Below, piece after piece: positions 57,601 to 64,000 of a DNA stretch of 64,000 bases. The DNA lies in the NCBI RefSeq assembly GCF_009914755.1, contig NC_060928.1; one strand, written 5' to 3'. Each line of letters begins with the position of its first letter. Within the stretch, counting starts at the first letter, position 1. The DNA is from the human T2T-CHM13v2.0 reference genome, Homo sapiens. The position numbers and the translations under genes were made by a program. The notes below the pieces were generated by a model. That model ran no database searches and was not told where the DNA came from. It worked only from the letters and a program-made list of their open reading frames with translations.

Positions 57601-60069
57601 TGCCTCCCTTCGTCTGTTGCCAGGTGGCAGGCATAGTGGTGGATGTACCACGTGGATATGGGAGCCAGTTCTGGGGGCCTTATAGGAACCCTGGGGCAAT
57701 GCTGGGCCAGTCACTGGCTTCTGGTGGGCCTGTCAGTTTCTTTGGGGACAGATGTGGTGATTCTTATCCTTTTCTGCCTGACCCTGAGGATGCAAAGTCA
57801 CGGCTGGACTTCCAGCCCCTCACCTTCTAAGCACTAAGCTGTTTTGGAGGTCACAATCTCTGGGCGTCTCTGTCTTTGTCACTAAAATGGGGATAGTAAC
57901 AGTACTTAAGTAGTGGGGTTGTTAGAAGGAATACATGAGTGAATACATGTGAGTTGTCTACCAAAGTGCATGGCATATAGTAAGCTCTCGGTGAAGGCTG
58001 TCTATCATGATTTAATCTCTTGGGTGTCAGTTTCTGGATATGCAAAATGAGCGGTCAGATGCTGTGGGACCCCTTCTACCCTCTAGTCTCAAAGTCCTAG
58101 AGGCCTGCTGTGGCTCTCAGCCATTTCACTCTCCCAGGCACTGGGAAATGCACCCATAGCATCTTCTTCCAGAGCTCGCTGAGCCTCACTAGCTAGTATC
58201 TGTCTCTTTGTGGCCACACTTTGCAAGGTGCGGTGCTGAATGAAAGACCTGGTCTCCAAGGTCAGCACGACAGATGGGTATCTAGATGCTTTGTGAAGAC
58301 AAACCTGAACACAATCAAGGAAATTCTTATTTTCCTATGGAATTGCAAAGGAAGGTGAGAGGCCTAGATGGTGGGTACGGTGGGCAGGTTGGGCCCTCCA
58401 TGCATGGTGGTTGCCAGCCGCTGCTCTGGGCTCCCTGCATTGGCCCATCTGCTCTACGCTGTTACGGTCTCCTACCAAAACACAATGCTTTCCTTCAGCT
58501 AGACCAGCACTCTCCCCCACCCTCCAACCATGGCAGCACAGCATCATGTTGAACAGCCTAGGACTTGGGACCTATGTGACCTAGGGCTGGTGACTTAAGC
58601 TCTCTGTAAAACGGGGCCAGCAATACTCTCTCCATATGGGTTGCATAAATGAACATATGCTGAAGGGCTCAGAGCAGTACTTGGCACATGGTATGTGTCA
58701 CATGCGCATTAGACAATATCATTATTCAACTGCTTTATCCCATTTAGAAGTCAGTTAGACTTTCCAATCAAGCCCTGCTAAAAGGTTTCTAATCTGGTTT
58801 AAAGGATACAAATCCACATTGTGAATATATTGTTATAGAAATCCTTTTCTAATCTAATCCTCTTTACTATAATTTTCAAAAGAAAATCACTCCTACAAAG
58901 GCCTTTCAGTATAAAATGACGCCAAGAGAAGTATTTGTGTCACAAAGAGCCAAGAAAAGCTGAGGAGCACAGGGGGACCATCCCAGAAAGCCCTCTGGCC
59001 CTCATAGCTCAGGAGTCCCCTGCCCAGCCCTTTCTGGACTCTTCCAGACGTGCTTTCTCTGTACCAAACCCCTTCACACTTCTGGCTGTGTGACCCTCAC
59101 CTCGATCCCCTATGATCCCCATAATGTGACAGTAGACGGACTCTGCCGTATCCTTCTGGTGGAAGCCAGCATTTGCTGTGCCCCTGTAAACCTGGAACCT
59201 CCCCAGGGTCTGTCCAGCTCTCACTATGTGGTATTCAGATTCTACCAATCCTTGTTCTAGATGCATGAGCTGAAAACTGGCGAGCCCTGCCAGCCAGCCA
59301 CTGGGAGTTTCTACAGGCCTACCTCAGGGGACAGGGCCTTGGAAGACGCCTTTCATGTGGATTTAAGAAACAGAAGCCACATTCATGTTTTAAAAAAATT
59401 ATCCCAAGGAGTACATCAATAAATGCAGGTGGTTTTACCTGAGGCAAGTAAAGTGAATGTGTGTTTAGAAAGGGAGAAATTTTCTTGATGTAACTTTGGA
59501 AAACAATTTGGTTCCACTCAGCCTGACCACAAACACCTGCAAACTCAAAGGCATTAATATACCTGTATCATGAGTTATATAGGGAAATTTATTGTGCAAA
59601 TCATATAATACCCTGCAACCATTTTGAAATATGTAATAACTGTTCCTTTGGGTGAAACAATGAATTATATTGCTATTATTGGGCTTAATTCATTATTTTA
59701 CCCTGAGGAAAAATTCCGAAACAGTGATTATGAATTATGACCACGATTTGCTACAATATTTTCCAATTTAAAACCAACAGTGTTGTATTTCTTTCTCTTT
59801 ATTTTCAAAGTTAAGCCTTTTAAATAAGATTTGAGTTAGTCAGACTATAAGATATGGTACTTAGCTATTATTCCCAATTAAGAAAGAAGTTAACTGGACA
59901 TTAAATAGCCTGTCATAAAAGTACTGAACATTACAGCCTTCTGCCCGATCCTCTTGCAGTAACACAATAAAAATTAGGAAGTCCTGCTGATTCTGATTGC
60001 TTTAGTCATTGATACTACCATGCTAGAGCTACCAGTGTTACTGGGAGTGGCCGCTGGTGTCTTTAGACA

Positions 60070-60378
60070 ATGACTCGGGACAGTGGAATGAAACAGAAGC
60101 ATGCTGCATCAACCTCAATGTGGGGAGAGGAGCCGTACTCTGACATATCAGTTGCTAAAACACGTGCAGGGCATGCCACAATGCACAGACATGGCAGTAT
60201 CCTTCTGGTGGGAGGGAGTCACCATTTGCTCTGCCCTGCCCTCTGCTGGGTGCTCTTACAGGTGCTACTGCATCCAGCGCTTGAGACAATTCTGTGGGGT
60301 ATTGATTCTGAAGAGATCACTGATGGCAGTGATTTCTTGCCTCAGCTTACAAAGATAGTAAGTGGTATAAATTCATAG
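60070..60378 (+). other. 102-aa single-exon ORF antisense in a STX18 intron, resembling FKSG49/51/52-type cDNAs; coding status doubtful
   Basis: True ATG-start ORF in non-Alu sequence; the family resemblance is from memory only. Confidence 0.35.
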
Positions 60379-62844
60379 CCAACTCTGTCTAGTCCCAAAG
60401 CCTATGTTCTTTCATCATCCCTCCACAGGATGAGAGCATCAGGTGATTACGAATATCCTCACTGCTAGCCTTCCTCTGGTCCAACTCTCACACCTACAGG
60501 CTGCTAAGTCACGCAGCTGTAAAGGTTAACATGCTTAGCTCACCATTGCCTGCCAGAGAAAGGCAAAAATCCTCAGACAAACAACCCACACTATTGTTAT
60601 TCTAGCTATTTCCTTTATGAAGAGTGGTGGAGTGCATTAAAAAAGAAAGAAAGAAAAAAAAAGCCCAACACAGAAGGTAAACTCTTCTTAAATACAAACG
60701 TATTCTTTCTTAATGAAGAGACAGAGCTGTACACATTTTTTGTCTAGCAAAGAAATGGGGCAATGGTATAATATTTGGGGAAACGACTCATTTCCACTAA
60801 TACAAGGATTTCATATAAACCGGTGAAAACCTAAGAGATTTTTAAGAAACTTCTGCCATTATTTGGCTGTAGGACGGGAATATGATCCAATCCCTCTTTA
60901 CATTCCTTTGTTGGCTTCTCCGCCCCAGCCTCCCTCCAGTGGAGTGTACCCCAGGGTGGTGTCCATGACCCCTTCTCCTTTCTCGCTGTTCATCATGTTT
61001 CTAGAGAGCCTCACGCAAGCCCATCCTTCAAACATCAGCTGTAAGATGTCTCCCACATGCGTTTCTCTAGCCCGAGCCCTGGAGCCCATAGACACCTCTC
61101 ATGAATGTCCCACAGGCGCCTCAAACTCACACCTGTCTACATGAAATTCATCATCTCCTGCTCAGCCCCAGCCTGCCCACCTTCTGTGCACCCTCCCTCC
61201 TCCTGATGACCCACGTCAGAAAGCTCAAGGTTCCTTCCTCATCTCACACTTCAGTGCAGGCCATTTCCTACACCACAGCTCTCAACACTACCTTCACTGC
61301 CACTCCCGGCTCAAGGCCCTCCTCATCTCTCAACCTGACTGACAGCAATGACTGCTTGGAATCCCTGCGGCTGTCTTCCTCTAACCACCGACTATACAAT
61401 GTGCACCTCGAGGGCCTAGGTCCCACATTTGCTGGATTTGGTGAGCACTTATTTCAAGTCATAAGGTGAATTCTGGAACATGAAAGAAGCTAGAAAGGAA
61501 GGCAAGGACCTTGCAGGGCACTTTAAGGTGTTTGAGTCATTTTCTTAGTTCAGAATTATTTTTGTCTGTAAAGGACAAAGACAGCTCTGCTTAGTATTCC
61601 AAAGAAAATATCACAGGCTCTGAAGGAGAACCCCCAAAGCAAGTCTCAGGAAAGTCAGGGCTAATGGTACCATCACTGGAATCAGTTTCAAGCTTTCAAG
61701 GCGATGATTTTAAAGGGGAAACCACTCATCTGGGTGGATAAATCTGTGTGAAACTGAATTGTATATGAAAGGCATATGAAAATGGTCTGAGCTCCAGCTG
61801 CCATCCTGCATGCCCTGACCCTGCCATGATGGCATGCACGCCACAGTCCTTCCCTGCTCATGGCACACGGGCAGCTATGCCCAATCTCTTCCATCCTGTG
61901 CAGGGAGAGGCTCTTCTGCCTCTTTGTACAACCTGCCACTCTCAAGGGTAAAGGAAGGGGAAACAGAATTTTTCAAGCACCCCATGTGTCTGGCTCTTTG
62001 TTGCATGCACCTCATGGGCCAGCTCACTCAAACTTTAGCCCCACCTGTGGTGTGGCCATTTTTTGCCCATCTCACAGATGAGGGAACAGAGGTCCAGAGC
62101 AGTGAGAGGGCCCAGGGCTGCAATGATGAGGCTGCGTGTGGACTCCAGTCAGACAGTACACTGTTCCCACTAGGCTGTGCTACCTTTTGGCTTTTTTGTC
62201 TTCACTTGTCCATGCCATTTTTAGGAAAGAGATTTGGTTTCCGTCTTTTATTTCAGGCATGGAGAAGAAACAGGAAGTCCAAAGAGCAAGAGGATGCTGA
62301 GCCAGTCCTCTGCCCTTGGCGGCCAATGCTCACGAGAGCAGACATGTGGACCTGGCCATCCCTGGAGGTCCCCAGCCTGCACAACTATGCTTACAATGAC
62401 ACTTCGGTGGGCCGGCGCGGCTGTTCTGACTTCTCTGCCTGGCTGGCCTGTGTCAGTGTGCCACGCTGCTCCTGTGCAGCAACACTTGCCTAGACCACCA
62501 GAACCAACTGGAAAAAAAGCACAGGTTGGAGCCAAAGGTTGGCTCTGCTGCTCTACTGGTTCTGTGACGTTGGGTAGGGCTTTAGTTTTTGTGCGTCATT
62601 TTCTTCAACTGTGTAATAGTGATAATTCCTACTTGACTGGATTGTCATGAAGATTCAACAGGACAACATATGTAAAAGGCTTGGGATAGAGAAGGCATTC
62701 ATAAGTATCCATAATACTAGTAATAACTGAACACTAGAACATTCTAATAGTTATTACTGATGATCCCATTTTACCATTGAAAACAACCTATAGCTTTTAT
62801 GTTATACTCATCAAAGTCACTCATGCATTCAACAAAGAATTCCC

Positions 62845-63015
62845 CTGCGGAAGGCCGCAGGGTCCTCTGCCTAGGAAAACCAGAGACCTCTGTTCACTTG
62901 TTTATCTGCTGACCTTCCCTCCACTATTGTCCTATGACCCTGCCAAATACCCCTCTGCGAGAAACACCCAAGAATGATCAATAAAAAAAATAAATTAAAA
63001 AAAAAAAAAAAAAAA
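62845..63015 (+). mobile_element. Heavily 5'-truncated SVA (SINE-R 3' end plus poly-A)
   Basis: ggaaggccgcagggtcctctgcctaggaaaaccagagacc...gaaacacccaagaatgatcaataaa + poly-A; TSD aaagaattccc at 62834-62844 and 63016-63026. Confidence 0.95.
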
Positions 63016-64000
63016 AAAGAATTCCCAAACACTGTTCTGGGCTCTGGGTGAGGAAAACAAGACAAGATTCTGCTCTCACAGAGCTTGTGCTCTACGCGGG
63101 AAATCAAGTAGGGTCATGGGACACAGTATCTGGGAGCTGCTGTAGGTGGGGTTGCCGGGTCTGTCTGAGGAAAAAATACCTGAGACCTGTAAGACATGCC
63201 AGGAGTGGATAGAGAGAGCTTGAAATTTCAGGTGGCTTAAGCAGCAACACAAACGCCTCAGTCTGAGAAGCTCAAGGCTGGGGAAAGACTGGATCCCATT
63301 CTTCCTCAACAGAGCTGTCTTCATGCTCCACTCCTTATCTTCTTGAGGGCTGGAAATCCAGCTCTTCCCTGATTAACTAGGGGACTCTGGGCAAGACCCT
63401 TTGCTGCCTTTTGCCAATGTTAAAATGAGATGCTAATGTTCCACCACCTCTTTGTGCAATTATTAAAAGTATCATGGATAAAATGAGAATCAAAAAGTTT
63501 TGTCTACTGCAAACTGCTGCACACTTAAAATGCTATCACTTGCCAGGCACAGTCACTGGAGGCGTGCCGTGTGGTAGTCACATTCCCCACGTCTTAGAGG
63601 ACAGTGTCACATCCTAGCAGCTCTAGGTGACATCTATTCCCACACACAGATAGCATATTCCATCTGGCTTCTGTCACACCAGTGTCCAGATGAGCTGCAC
63701 ACAGACATTGCTGGACGTGAGCTGGCAGGGGCTTGGCAGACCTATCAGTTCCTTTTGAAACCCACCCATAGATGGTAAGCTATAGCAGCTGGAAACCAGA
63801 AGGCAGGTAACTAAAAGGAGGTGCTATCAGTAGTTAAGGTGTTACTCTTTTCACTTTTCAGTCATTATCTTACTTTTTTCACATTACCATAGCACTAGCA
63901 ATTCAAACAATTAAAAAGCATCATAGTGGCATTTATAAAAGACCCATTTAGTCTAGAAGACTATTTTACTGTTGTTGAAAAGACATCTATTATTAGTAAA

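Noticed and set aside
61834-62493. 219-aa + strand ORF in a STX18 intron
   Set aside because: Passes through MIR-like sequence (cacagatgagggaacagagg); no recognisable homology

Overview
Human (hominid) genomic DNA, recognisable as the NSG1 (NEEP21/D4S234E)-STX18 locus; the 4p16.3 map position is from memory. On the + strand is the complete NSG1 gene: a CpG-island promoter (~15.2-17.6 kb), two candidate non-coding first exons, and four phase-0 coding exons that splice to the 185-aa protein. On the - strand are the last four coding exons of syntaxin-18, converging tail-to-tail with NSG1. The two 3' ends appear to overlap by about 90-100 nt through opposed AATAAA signals that flank a palindromic UGUA element. 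The rest is intronic or intergenic sequence rich in Alu, L1, MIR, MLT1, MER and Tigger elements. Nearly all ORFs in the supplied track are Alu-derived or chance ORFs. I see no convincing wholly new gene system. The best second-look items are: the bidirectional poly(A) cassette; a ~99%-identical, non-tandem 493-bp duplication in NSG1 intron 4 with a junctional 20-bp repeat; a trimeric chimeric Alu containing an AluYa5-like part; a tiny 5'-truncated SVA with TSDs; a 102-aa intronic ORF resembling the FKSG multicopy cDNA family; and candidate cryptic STX18 exons. Repeat subfamily calls and boundaries are by eye and approximate.
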